A DNA stretch of 64,000 nt from contig NW_008246130.1 in assembly GCF_000281045.1 (NCBI RefSeq), positions 174,035 to 238,034 of the forward strand. The letters run 5' to 3'. This document shows, piece after piece, positions 10,350-24,164 of this stretch. The translations under genes and the position numbers were made by a program. This DNA is from Saprolegnia diclina VS20. Lineage: Eukaryota. The notes under the pieces are model-generated. The model was not told where the DNA came from and ran no database searches. It saw only the letters and a list, made by a program, of their open reading frames with translations. Positions within the stretch are counted from its first letter, which is position 1. Every line of letters begins with the position of its first letter.

Positions 10350-12479
10350 TTAGAACTGGTACGTGTTGGCGCGGCCCGTGATGCCGTTGAAGAGGTACGT
10401 GTGGTTGATCGGCGTAAACTGGTTCGTGATGATCTACGATACACAAATCAGATGCTGCAACCAGTGAGTCTCTACCTTGACAGCCTCCTGCGACGCAATG
10501 CCGCCGAGGATCGCTGCAATGTTGTGCACCTCGGCCTCGGCGTGCCGGCAGACCTCGCGGCCGTGGTCCAGCGAGATCCAATCGACCGCGAACGGCTCCG
10601 ACATTGTCGCACTCGCCGCGAGATGCTGCGCTGTCTGGACGAGCCACTTGGCGTCCTGTTCGTACTCGGGGCCTTCGTGGACCCCGGGGTACTTGCCAAA
10701 CTAGCGCCACGGGATAGCCTCGATACTTGACAACACGAGGGTGTACCTCGGCGATAAACCGGTGCACGGCGCGGAGCAAGAAGTACCAAATGAGCGGCGA
10801 CTGCTTGCTGTCTTCGTCCTCCATGTCGACCTACATACGTCCCACGCGTGAGATGACCCCTTCATGCCAGATGAGAACGTACATCGGTGAGGTTGGCGCC
10901 CGCGACTTCCTCGGCGAGCGACCGCGTTTGCAGCATCTGCCCATATACCGTTAACATGCATAACATACCGCCTTTGCAAAGCAAATAGGTACCCCGATGC
11001 AGCTCGCGTGTTTGCAAAAGTCGACTGTTTCTTCTTCCGAGAGCGTCCTATTCATCGAATATGGTGATTGGAAACCCATATTTTGACAATCAAATACAAC
11101 ATACCGCGTGGGGTCGATCTCGGCGACGAGTTGCTTCGTAGCGTTGAAGACGAGGTGCGCGTCCGACTTGGCCTTTTCGCTGTAGAGCTTTTGGAGCGTC
11201 ACGTAGTACGTCGTAAAGGACGTCATGTCGGGCACATGGCCGCTGTGGGGCAAGCTCCCGTGCGCCGCCACAAAGCCCGCGAGCGCCCGCGCGATAAACC
11301 AAAACGTCGCTGTCAACGCCGTGAGCGTCATCGTCGACGCATGCGCCAAGACATCGCGGACGTCGTCGGGAATCGCATCCTGCAAGCCCACATAAGCCTT
11401 TATGAGGCTGGATGGACTACCTTGGTCAGCGTGTAGGCTTTGAACGCGTTGTCGACGGCTTCGGAAAAGTTGACTTCTTGGCCAAACGAGCCCCGGGCCT
11501 TGGCCTGCACGAGCGCCTTGAACTCGTTTTTGGCGGCAAACGTCCTATGCGGGCTCATGAGTGCCAGAAGAAAGGCATGGGTAGGTGGAGCACATACTTG
11601 GGGAGGTCGCCGCCGTGCGCCGCCTTCCACTCGTTGATGGACTGGATGAGGATGATGACGTACGGGACATGACCATGCTCGTGCGAGTTCATCGTCTCGA
11701 GGTTGAACTCGTTGGCAAAGCTCTAGCTCGTCGTCATGAGGTTCTGTAAACGCGCAAGAGGACGCACGAGGAGCTCGGGGAAAGGCTCGGCGATGCGCAA
11801 GTCGTGGAACGGTGCGTCGGGCTTGGAGTCGACGATCGTGTGGTTGGGCACCTGCAAGCGCACGTAGCCGAGGAGCCCAAACGAGTGGACAATCTACATA
11901 GCAATGTAAGACAATCATGATGATGATCATTTAGCAATGTACGAGAAGTGGGATCGCGTGGCTCTGGCACGTCGCTGCAAGCGCGCTCAGTGCGGGCTCG
12001 GCAAGTTGCGTGGCCACAACCATGTTGAACTTCTGGACGTACGTCGGGTCTAGATCGCATGCAGCCATGATACCTTGCTTATACGCGACGCGACCGTACC
12101 GTATTCAGCGACGTGGGCCGCCGATTCGTGGCGGAACGTGCCCTTGACGTCCGGGTTCATCTCGAGCATCAACTCCATGACAACCTGCGCACGCGAGCGG
12201 CCGACGTCGGCGTCCGTGACGAAGAAGTTATTGCCCAAGTCAGCTTCGCACACAGTCGCGCCGTCGCAGATCTCGAACGTGCCAATACCCGGGAGCACGA
12301 GGTTCTTGAGCGTCTCCGAGCCCGTCGGGCCGGCGTTTAGGAGGAGGAGGTTCGTGGACATGAGCTTGCGCTGGCCCATGGCGCCCCACAGACGGAGCTA
12401 CATAGAGTCAACCGTCAGGCTTCGTCCATCATTGCGGTCAAGAGCGTACCTGGCGATCATACTTGTCGGACGTGGCCAT
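10350..12479 (-). CDS. NAE1: NEDD8-activating enzyme E1 regulatory subunit (APP-BP1/ULA1/AXR1), multi-exon
   Basis: MATSDKYDRQ-LRLWG; GSETLKNLVLPGIG; DLGNNFF; HVPYVIIL; PDMTSFTTYYVTLQKLY; EVHNIAAILGGIASQEAVK; ends NHTYLFNGITGRANTYQF*. Confidence 0.93.
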
Positions 12480-13439
12480 CGTGCTCGTCTGGAACTGTCG
12501 TTTGATTGCCTCCGCACGTTATCCGGAAGGATCCGTAAGTGCCTGTCGGCCTTCGGATTGGCTAAAAATGGTAGATGACGTGGCACATCCTGACGCCGCC
12601 GGCGAGGCAAGACATCAATGCGGAGCAACGGGAAAGTACGGACAAGGCCGTAGAGTGTATGGCCTTGGTACGAGGATATACATTAAAGAACCCCAGAACG
12701 GGGGTACCAAATTAGGAGGTGAAATCCCACGCGCGCATTCGTTATGACACTCCCTTTAGCAGCCGGAATGAGCTGATTTTTGGCCAAGTGCAACACCCGC
12801 ATTGGTCCAAAAGAAATGATTCAGATTCAGGAACACAAAGTTTAAAGTTGTCAGATCGCAATCTTCGCGCAAGCGTTTTGGCGCTTCTGCACATGGGCGC
12901 TTCGCGACATGAGCGCGAATGAGCTTGCTTTACTGCCTCAATGGAAGCCGCGACCCTATAGGGCATGACGAATCGTACATTATTGTTCTTCAGTGGTCGG
13001 TGCTAGATAGCTTCCAAGGGTAGCTGCCAGCATTGCCACATGCATCAACGCAAGCTACGGTCTCGCGATCCTCATGAGCAATACGCACAATAAGGAGGAC
13101 TATGTGGGCAATCTCAACATGGACCGTCGATGGGTGACGCGATGGCGGGTGGTTGTATCATCGCACCAGCCCAGCCCGCCTTACTTCCCATCCTTGGGAG
13201 CGACAAGACCGAAATGGAGTTGAATTAAGACTAGTCCTTGGAAATTGAGCTCGTTTTCCGCTCACTTATAAAGGTACGGCGACGCTGCCGATGACGGAGA
13301 CGCCATTCTCGCCCATCGGCTCACGTCCATTTCAAGGTTTTGGCGCCGTTGCGGTTGGCTTGCTTGCTCATGGCCAAAAAAGCTGGTTGCTCAAGTTTCA
13401 AGTTGCGTGTGTCAAGCCAAACGGAAATAGAATACCTGA

Positions 13440-15662
<2,223 letters not shown>

Positions 15663-15874
15663 ACTTGGACGACAAGAACGAGCGGAGCGACTAACATAAA
15701 TTGGACTGTATTTCGAAACCTAATGGGACCCTCCTCCGTGTCGATCCTCCGAGAGCAGTCTCTTCGACGCTTGTATGATGATGCCTGCTAGGAGTAATAG
15801 TAGAAGTGGAAGTATCTTTTCGGATGGTACAAGTCGACTAATGTCAAAGCCACGCGTATCGACAGTATCGACAG

Positions 15875-16570
15875 CTAGACACCGACGGGCGTTGCGCTGG
15901 AGCCGCCGTTGGCCATCGCGGCTTGGTTGAAGGCGCGCATTTGAGCGTTGATCGCGTAAATCTCGGCGCGGCGACGCTGCTTTTGTGCGAGCGCGTGGCC
16001 ACGTTGGGCCTGCGCAAGGCGCTCGCGCTGGACGCGTGACTGCTCGGCCGCCTCTTTCTCTGTCTTTTCCGCCTGCTTGTACGTCACGATGCGCTCGAGG
16101 GACTTGATGCGCGCTTTGGACGGCGACACCTTGTTCGGCGACGGCGCCTTGGTCACCACCGATGGCGTCACGTCGTGGGTTTGGTTGAGAGGCATGTCGC
16201 GCTGGACGTACGCCGATTGCACGCGCCGCTTGACGGTCACTTCCTACCAAGTCGTTGGCCGATGAAATGCTCCACCAAGACGCGTACCTTGGGTGTACCA
16301 ATGGCACGCGGCGTCACTTGTGGCAGGCGCGTCTGCGAGCCCTACGTGCAAGGTTGGCGAGGTTGCGAACACGCACGGAGCCTACGTTGAGCATCTTCTC
16401 GGACGGTGTCCGGCGCAATTGAAGCGGCGGCAGCGGGCTCGTCTCGATCGCGCTGAGGAGGGGCGGGTCTTCGCATGTGGGAGCTAGCAGCCGCAGAGAT
16501 GAGCCCGAGCGCTACGCCTTCTTGGTGGAGGGACCTCCATCGATGGGCACGGCCGTCCCCACGGTCATCG
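15875..16570 (-). CDS. Hypothetical small basic/coiled-coil protein (spliced; 5' end uncertain)
   Basis: Last exon has coding-like codon usage (…QKQRRRAEIYAINAQMRAFNQ…). GT-AG intron at ~16245-16287. Start codon not resolved. Confidence 0.5.
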
Positions 16571-16911
16571 CGGGACCTGTTGCAACCCCAAGTGGGATCG
16601 CTTTATTTTTGGCACGTCAAAACCAGGGATCGTTGAACCTGCTACAACAGCGTTAAACGCGTTTCTTACGTTTTACTCCTTTCTGCTTGCAGCTGACAAC
16701 ATTGCGTACGCCGCGTTACCTGCACGATGCCTTTCTCACAACCAGCATCGCTCGCCGAGTAGATGGGCCTCCCTCCGGAGACCCGCAGTTCACGTGGTGC
16801 ACGCCGCATCCGGAGGCAAAACTGGACTCTATTTTTGTTAAACGCATCGGTTCAACCCTTTTTTGACACAACGCGATGCACGTCAAACACGCAGCGAGGC
16901 CATGGAGGAAT

Positions 16912-18420
16912 CTATGCCTTTGACGACGACGTGTCTCGCGTGCGCTCCTTGGCGTCGGCCGCGAGCTGGTCCCAGTCGAGGCGCGTGAGCCAGAAGAGGC
17001 CGCCAGCAGTGACGCTCGTGATGCCGAGAAGCACGCCGAGCCAGAGCCCTGCAATATCGCTCTGGTTGTAGAAGGCCAGCGCCGCGCCGAGCGGGATGCC
17101 CACGACAGCGTACGCAGCGAACGACATTTTGGCGCCGACACTCTGGAGGCCGCAGCCCTGCAAGATCGCTAGAAGCGTCGTGAGGAGCGCCGTCGCGACC
17201 TGAAACGGCGCTGCCGTCAGAATCAGCCCCGACGCCAAGTGGCGCACGGTCGGGTCCTTCATGTACACGGCGAGGTAGAGGTCCTTGAAGAGACCCATGA
17301 CGCAGCCAGCGAAAAGGCCGTAGGCAGCAGCGAGGCAGAGTACGAGGCGGGCGACGGTCTTGGCGCGCGGCGCGTCGTTCGCACCGAGTGCATTCCCGAC
17401 ACGAATGCAGCCCGCCACCGCAAGCCCTTGCACGACGAGGCCAAAGCAGGCGACGAGGAGGTCGTAGCCAGCGCTGGCGCTAATGGCCGCGGCGCCGTCC
17501 GGAAGACGCCCGGCCAAGATCGTGATCGTGTATTTGGCGTACGCCATGCACATGGTAACAACGACACCAGCGGCGCCGAGCGACGCGAAGCTCGGGACAA
17601 GGCGCCACGCGGCGGGCAGGTCCCAGCCCTTCCAGTCTTGCGCCAAGAGGCCGGAATAGACAATGTAGCCAAAGAGGACTGAACATTTGAGCACTTCGGT
17701 GATGGCACCGGCCGCGACGACGCCGACGATGCCAAGGGGCGTATGGTACATGAGGATGTAGGCGGTCGAGATCATGCAGGCTTGGCCCGCGAGGTCGACA
17801 AACACGAGCGGAAGAACTCGGTTCTGGCCCTGGATCCAGTTGGCCTGGAGCACATAGAGCGCGTAGAAGGGAAGCGCGGGAACGTTAAACCACATCATGC
17901 GCCCTGCGATCGCGGCTACGGACTCGACCTGCCCGAGAAAGACGAAGATGTGGCTGCACGAGAGCAGCAACGCGACGAGCGGGAGGTACGCAATGGCGAG
18001 CACGAGAATGCCAGCTTGGAAGTAGAGCCCGATCTCCCATGGCTTGTTGGCGCCATGGGCCTGCGACGACATGGTCGACATGGCCGTCGAGATACCCGTC
18101 ACGACCGAGCGCGCAGTAAGGCGGTAGAAGAGCCCGCAGAGCGCCGAGGCCGCCATGAGCTCTTTGGACATTCCATGGTTCAAGTGCGAAATGAGCATCA
18201 CGATGAGCACCTGCGGCGTCACGTCCACGATCTGCTGAAGCATCTACGACGCATGCACCATGAGGCTTCGCTCTCGGTGGCTCGCAGAACGTACGAGCGG
18301 AAGGCCGAGTCGAATCACGTGCTTGAGCTCGTCGCGCTGGACGCTGGTAGCATCGGCGCGCACGAGTGGCGTCGCCTCGTCCTGCGGTGGCGGTGGCACG
18401 GTCAGTGACACGGCAGACAT
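16912..18420 (-). CDS. MATE family efflux transporter (2 exons)
   Basis: ELKHVIRLGLP; SQAHGA; IRVGNALGAND..RAK; ILQGCG.Q; GLWLG; DW at the C-terminus; about 12 TM segments. One intron at ~18244-18294. Confidence 0.92.
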
Positions 18421-18869
18421 CGGGCCTCTTGGAGCCAAAGGCCGAGTTATCCGGACAAGGTATGGATTGTCACCTACCATTATTTTCCAGAATTTTTATT
18501 TTATCTTGCATATTGTATTGATTGTCTTGCTTTGAAAAATAGCATCGATCTAGATTACACCATTTTAAAAGTATAGAATAGTATGAAATGTGTGATCGGA
18601 CACAGGTCGTCCCCTTCTGTCATGGCATGCGAGCGAAAGGACAATTACAGAAGCTATTGCAGTGGTCTGCATTCGTCAGAAGAGCTTGCACAAGGTGCAG
18701 CATCAGTTGCAGAAGAAACTGCGCGGTGCCTGGACGTGCCAACGTGACTCACACTATTTTGTGTGTGTCAATGTCGCCGGTAGCATCCGGAAGCTGCCCA
18801 GAGGAAGGTGCACAAATGATTGCTAAAGCGGCTCCGCCTTCAAGTGGGCAAGCGAACGGGATCGCCACG

Positions 18870-21800
18870 ATGCTGCTTCGCCGGTGGATAGCGCTCGCGC
18901 TGGTCCTCGCGGCCTCGGCCCTCGGCGCCGACGTCAACGACACGATCCTCAACACGACGCAGGTCGTCTCGCCCGCGGCTGCCTGCCCGCTCCTCCTCTG
19001 CGATCCGATCGCGTCGTCGCCAGCAGCGTGCGTCGTCGCGGCGCCCATCACGTTCGAGTGCTACGACGCGCCGCTGCTGTGCAACTGGGAGACGCCGCGC
19101 GACGTGGTGCTGAACGCGGCCATCTCGATGACGTCCAACAGCACGTCCTGCGACGTCGAGGTCGTCTGGCGCATCGCTGGTCGCGCCCACTTTACCGAGA
19201 ACGCGTCGATTGCCGTCACGACGCTCAACCTCTTTGCCGACGACTTTCACATGTCGAGCGATGGCATCCTCTTTGCCGAGCACAACATGACCATCTCGGT
19301 CGAGAAACAGCTGCGCATCGACCAAGACGCGTCGCTTGTCGCTGGTGGCGAAGAACCCGGTACGTGCATCTCGTCCTCTCTCTCCTAAAGCATGGTGCGC
19401 GTAGGCAAGTCGGGCGGGCACGTCAACATGTCGGCGTCGTCGCTCATCTTGCACGGATCCATCAAGGCGTCGGGCGGTGACGGCCAATGCGTCGATGGCG
19501 TCTGCTTGGCCGGTGGAGCCGGAGGCCAGGTCACGCTTATCTACAACTCGATCGCGGAGGAAATTGGCCACATTTACGTTTCGGGTGGCGCGAATCCGCT
19601 CACGCTCTCGTCGCAAGTCGCGTCGTACAGCGGCAGCCGCGACGACCTCGACGACTCGATCGTGCTGCCCGTGTGCCTCACGGGCGCGGCCGGCCGCCTC
19701 TTGCGCATCCACACGTCGACCAACGGCACGCGCGACGGCGTCCTTCTCATCTCGAACGCATTCAACTCGATGGACTACTTTGGCGACCTTTTGCCGCTGA
19801 GCAAGGTGCGGTGCGCGGTGACGCCACTAACCTTGTCCGAGATTGACCCGAGCGTCAAGTCGGTGACGCTCGAGGCCGAAGCGCTCGTGCACTTTGAAGA
19901 CAGCGCGTCGTGGGGGCTCCACGGCGACTCGGAGCTCATCCTCGAAGACGCGACGCTGGTCGTCAAGTCGAATGCGATCCTCTCGGTGCTCGTCAAGCAG
20001 CTCGTGGTCCGGGGCACGTCGACTTTTGTGGCGCCGCACGGCCTGCACGTCTCGGCGGCGATCGTTTCGATCGACTTTGGCGCGCAAATGCACCTCGGGT
20101 ACTCTGCCACGTCGACGATCCTCGCGTCCGACGGCATCCACATTGACGGCAACATTACGAGCAACGTCGCGGCGGCGGTCTGGACCAACACGGACCCGAC
20201 GGGGCAGCTCATTCTCGAGAGCAAGAAGGACCTCGTCATCTCGGGCTACGTGTCGATGCCGACTGTGTACGCGGCGGCCGACGCGGCGCTCATCGTCTCG
20301 GGCGAGCTCGAGTCGCGCAAGCGCATGAACAAGACGGACCCGGTCGAGTATCAGTTTTGCTCGAACATGCACACGGCCGCAAGCATTCTCAGCAACTATA
20401 CGATCTCACTCTTTAGCGGCGGCCCGATTGTCCTCGGGGCCGAAGCCAAGCCGGGCGCACTCACGGGCGCCGCCTTGCTTCTCTGCACGGACCACGCGGT
20501 CACGGTCGGCTCCAACTTTCGCTTGTCGTCGAGTGGGTTTGGGTACCCCGCCAACCACGGGTACGGCCACGGCGACTGCGCACACGCGCTTGGGTCCGGC
20601 GGCGGCTACGGCGGCAATGGCGCCGACTCGTTTGTGACACGACGTCGGCAGCCAACGCCGATTTCCATGGCGATCGGTGGGCTCTCGTACGGTACTCGCC
20701 CGAGCACGGGCCTCTTGGGGTCGGGTGGCGGGTGCGACGGCGGTGGCGCAGGTGGTGGTGTCATTGTCCTTGGCGCCCACCATCTCAACCTCAACGGCAC
20801 GATTGCCGCCGACGGTATGAGCGGCAACAACGGCGCCGGTGGCGGCTCGGGTGGCTTTGTGAGTCTTGTCGTGCCGAATGGTCTCAGCGGCCACGGGTCG
20901 CTCTCTGCCTCGGGCGGCAATGCGTCCTGCGCTGACGAGCGCTTGACAGCCAACACGTCGCAAACGCTCTGCGGTGGTGGCGGCGGCGGTGGCCGACTGC
21001 GTCTCCAAGGCTGCACCGACTTTACCGAGTGCGCGAATGAGTTTTCTGGCGAGTACCACGTGCAGGGTGGCAGTAGCGATACCAAGCTGCCGGCCCCGAT
21101 CGGCAGCATTGGGACGTACTTCGGGTTTCCGTGTCCGCCGGGGTACGGCGGCCTCCTCTGCCGCGCCTGCCCCATCGGAACGTTCAAGGAAGAACGGGGC
21201 AGCGACGAGTGCATTTCGTGCCATAACGCGCCGCCCGACTCGCACTACACGATGACAGGTACTGGCCGACAGCACTACGAGGTATTTACACGAAATAGGC
21301 GAAACCTCGACCGAGTGCGCGTGGTCGTGCGACCCGGGGTACACGGGGTCGCACTGCCTCTCGCCGCTCGAAGACTTTTTCGAGATGTTTGGCGGCAAGC
21401 TCGTCGTCGGTGTCATCGCGCTCGTGCTCCTCTTGATCATCGTTGCCGTCGGCTACATCTTCAAGCGCGACCCGTACGTCAAGTACCGGACCGGTGGCGA
21501 GACGGACCATTTGCTCGTGATTCCGCCGGCCAAGCGCCCATGGTACTCGCTGCGTTGCTGCCGCGTCGGCCACTGGATCTGGCCCCGCGTCGGGTACCCC
21601 AAGCTCCAGGAGCGCGACTTGAAGGACCACATTGCGCGACTGTACTTTTCGGGCAACAACACGCAGGAGGCGCCGCTGCTCTTGCGGACGACCGTGCCCT
21701 CGATGCTCGAGCCGGTGCTCAACTCGAAAGAGTTTGCGGCGCTCGCCGTGCAGATCAACAAGACGCTGGCGTTCTCCACGGGCGGCAGCATTTTGTATAC

Positions 21801-23479
21801 GCTCGTGCGCTGGCTCTGCTACCCGTTTGCGTCGGACGTGCTGCTCTACCGCCGCCACAAAAAGTTTAACGCGCTCAAGCGGCTCTTGGCCAAGTACGAC
21901 CACGCGTGCATGAAGGGTCCGCGAGCCCGCGCGCTTCTCAACGCCGTCAAGGTCGGGTACAGCCACGACTACTCGCTCGCGTACCTCGAGCTCCTCCACA
22001 AGGAGTACAGCAGCTCGTCGTGCGTACCCAAGTCTGGTTGGCTGGTCGGGAAGCCTCGGCTGCCGCTCGTGTTGCTCTTTGCGGGCCTCGGTAGCTACGA
22101 GTCGCCGCTGTGTTTGGACCCGAACGACCTCCTCGTGCGGTCGCTGCCGCAAGCGCCAGAGCTGGACGCGTTCATTGACGACCAGTGGATCGAAGTCGTC
22201 GCCGAACTCAACGCGCTGCTGCGGATTGTCGACACGAGCGACGACGCCGAGTGTGCGCTGCGCCTCCAAGCCGTCGCTGACTTTTGCCACGATCAAGGTG
22301 CGGCATCTCATGTAGTCGTCGAGTTGATCGCGTGTCGTAGGTGTCAAGCGGTCGCTCGGTGGTCTCCAGATGGCCCTCGGCCGGTTCTACCCACACGGCG
22401 ACGCTAAGCTCGGCTTTCAATGGGGTCTCTTTTTGACTACGACCAAGTACGAAGCCGCCAAGTATGCGTCGGCCAACGATCAGGTACCTAGCACACTATG
22501 AAGAGCCACCTACGATGGGAAATAGATGAAGACGCAGCAAGCGCGGCGGCACGACTACTCGGCGCTGCCGTACCCCCATGACGACCGCAACAGCAGTGGG
22601 AAGCGCAAGTCTGTGCACCGCCACTCAGTTATTGGCGGCATTCGTGAAGCAGCACTCTCGAGCCCACGGACGCTGGCGCAGGCCGCCGCGTTGATAGCAC
22701 CGCCGGCGCCCACCAATCTCTATGGCAACGCGAACAACGGTACCAACTCTACGAGCTCGACCATGCCGCTTGGCAACAGCAGCGCTGGCGGCAGTCCCGC
22801 AGTCCGAGTGGCTGATTACGTCGGCGCAATCGACGAGTCGCTCCCGATTCCAGGTGTCATTATGACAAGCGCCGACTTTCAGCAGCACGCGATGCACGTG
22901 ATGGAGAAGGAGACGACGTCGCTTCGGCACCGGCTCTGGGCGCGCGTCAAGCCCGCGAACGTGGCCAAGCCGCCCGACACGTCGTTCCACGGCTGGGGCG
23001 TCTTCGTAGCGCTGATCGTGCTCGTCATCGCCGACCTCGTCACGACGATGGGCATGCTCGTGAACCTCAAGTGCGTCGAGAACGGAACAGAGGTCCCTGC
23101 GTGCACCAAGTCGGTGGTGTATCCCGTCTTGCTAATCTACCCGCTCGCGATTCTCATTGCGCCTGTCACGGGCATCATCTCGCTCGCCATGGGGTCCGCG
23201 CCCTTTGCTCGCAAGTACGCTCTTTGGAACTCGTGCTCGCTCCTCAACGTGCTCGTGGCCATCGTGATCTGCTACCTCAAGTCCGACAAGCTCGTGGCGC
23301 TGTACGTGACGCGCCCGCTGCCGCTGCTGCCCGTGACGCTGCTGCTGCTCAAGGCCGGCGAGGCGTACGTTGTCAACATTTACATTGCCGACATGGAGTC
23401 GAACCGGCGTCGGCGCGGGTGGCGCGGCCTCATGAAGCGGCGCGACTCGGACACGTCGTCGCCCCCTGACTCGCCCTAG
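18870..23479 (+). CDS. Large Gly-rich, Cys-rich (ephrin-receptor/TNFR-like) multi-pass membrane protein of the plant At5g11700-like family, multi-exon
   Basis: Signal peptide; repeated GSGG/GGGAGG/GGGSGG motifs; CPPGYGGLLCRACPIGTFK; a TM helix; HIARLYFSGNNT, YDHACMKGPRARAL and LLFAGLGSY blocks that I recall from the plant family; four C-terminal TM helices. Confidence 0.75.
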
Positions 23480-24164
23480 TATGTGTTTTCTCTCCCTCTT
23501 CGAGCAAGGATAGCTGATACATTGATACATTGTAGCAACTCGCCAGTGCAGAACCGACCGGACGCGCTCTTGTTTATGCCGAATTTCAAGGAGCCAAGCA
23601 GCGACGCCAAGGCTCGATACGGGTCGCTGCCGACGACACACCACCATTTTGGGAGCATTTAGCAAGTCGATCTATACCAACTGTAATCCTAATGGCACAC
23701 GTCAACCGATACAAAATGCACCGCTACGGCCGTGCTAGCAGCGCAACACAACTTTCGATTCTTGTACTTCCAGCTCGGTTTGCGCGGCTGAAATGAACAC
23801 CTTGCATCGTTGCTGGGCGACTGCGCCGTACGCTTCATACTTGGAGCACTCCCCAAAACCATTGTGGTAAGTGGAGCCACTCGAGACGCATGACGCACCA
23901 GACTCTGAGCTCAACCGGCCGAACCCACCGCAAACCACGGCCCCAGAGCCCGAATGTTCTTGCATATAAAGACGCTCGCATTCATCCAACGTAAATGAAT
24001 TTCGATGATTTTGGTTGGAATATATACCGATCCGTGTGTTTGGAGTGAAAAGAGTTTGATCGAAAAAAAGTAGAAATACGACTTTGGACCGCGGATGTGT
24101 GGGATTATAAATAACAGAAGCCACGACGACGTAAAGAGTTCGACAACTTGTGTTGCACTGCGTC

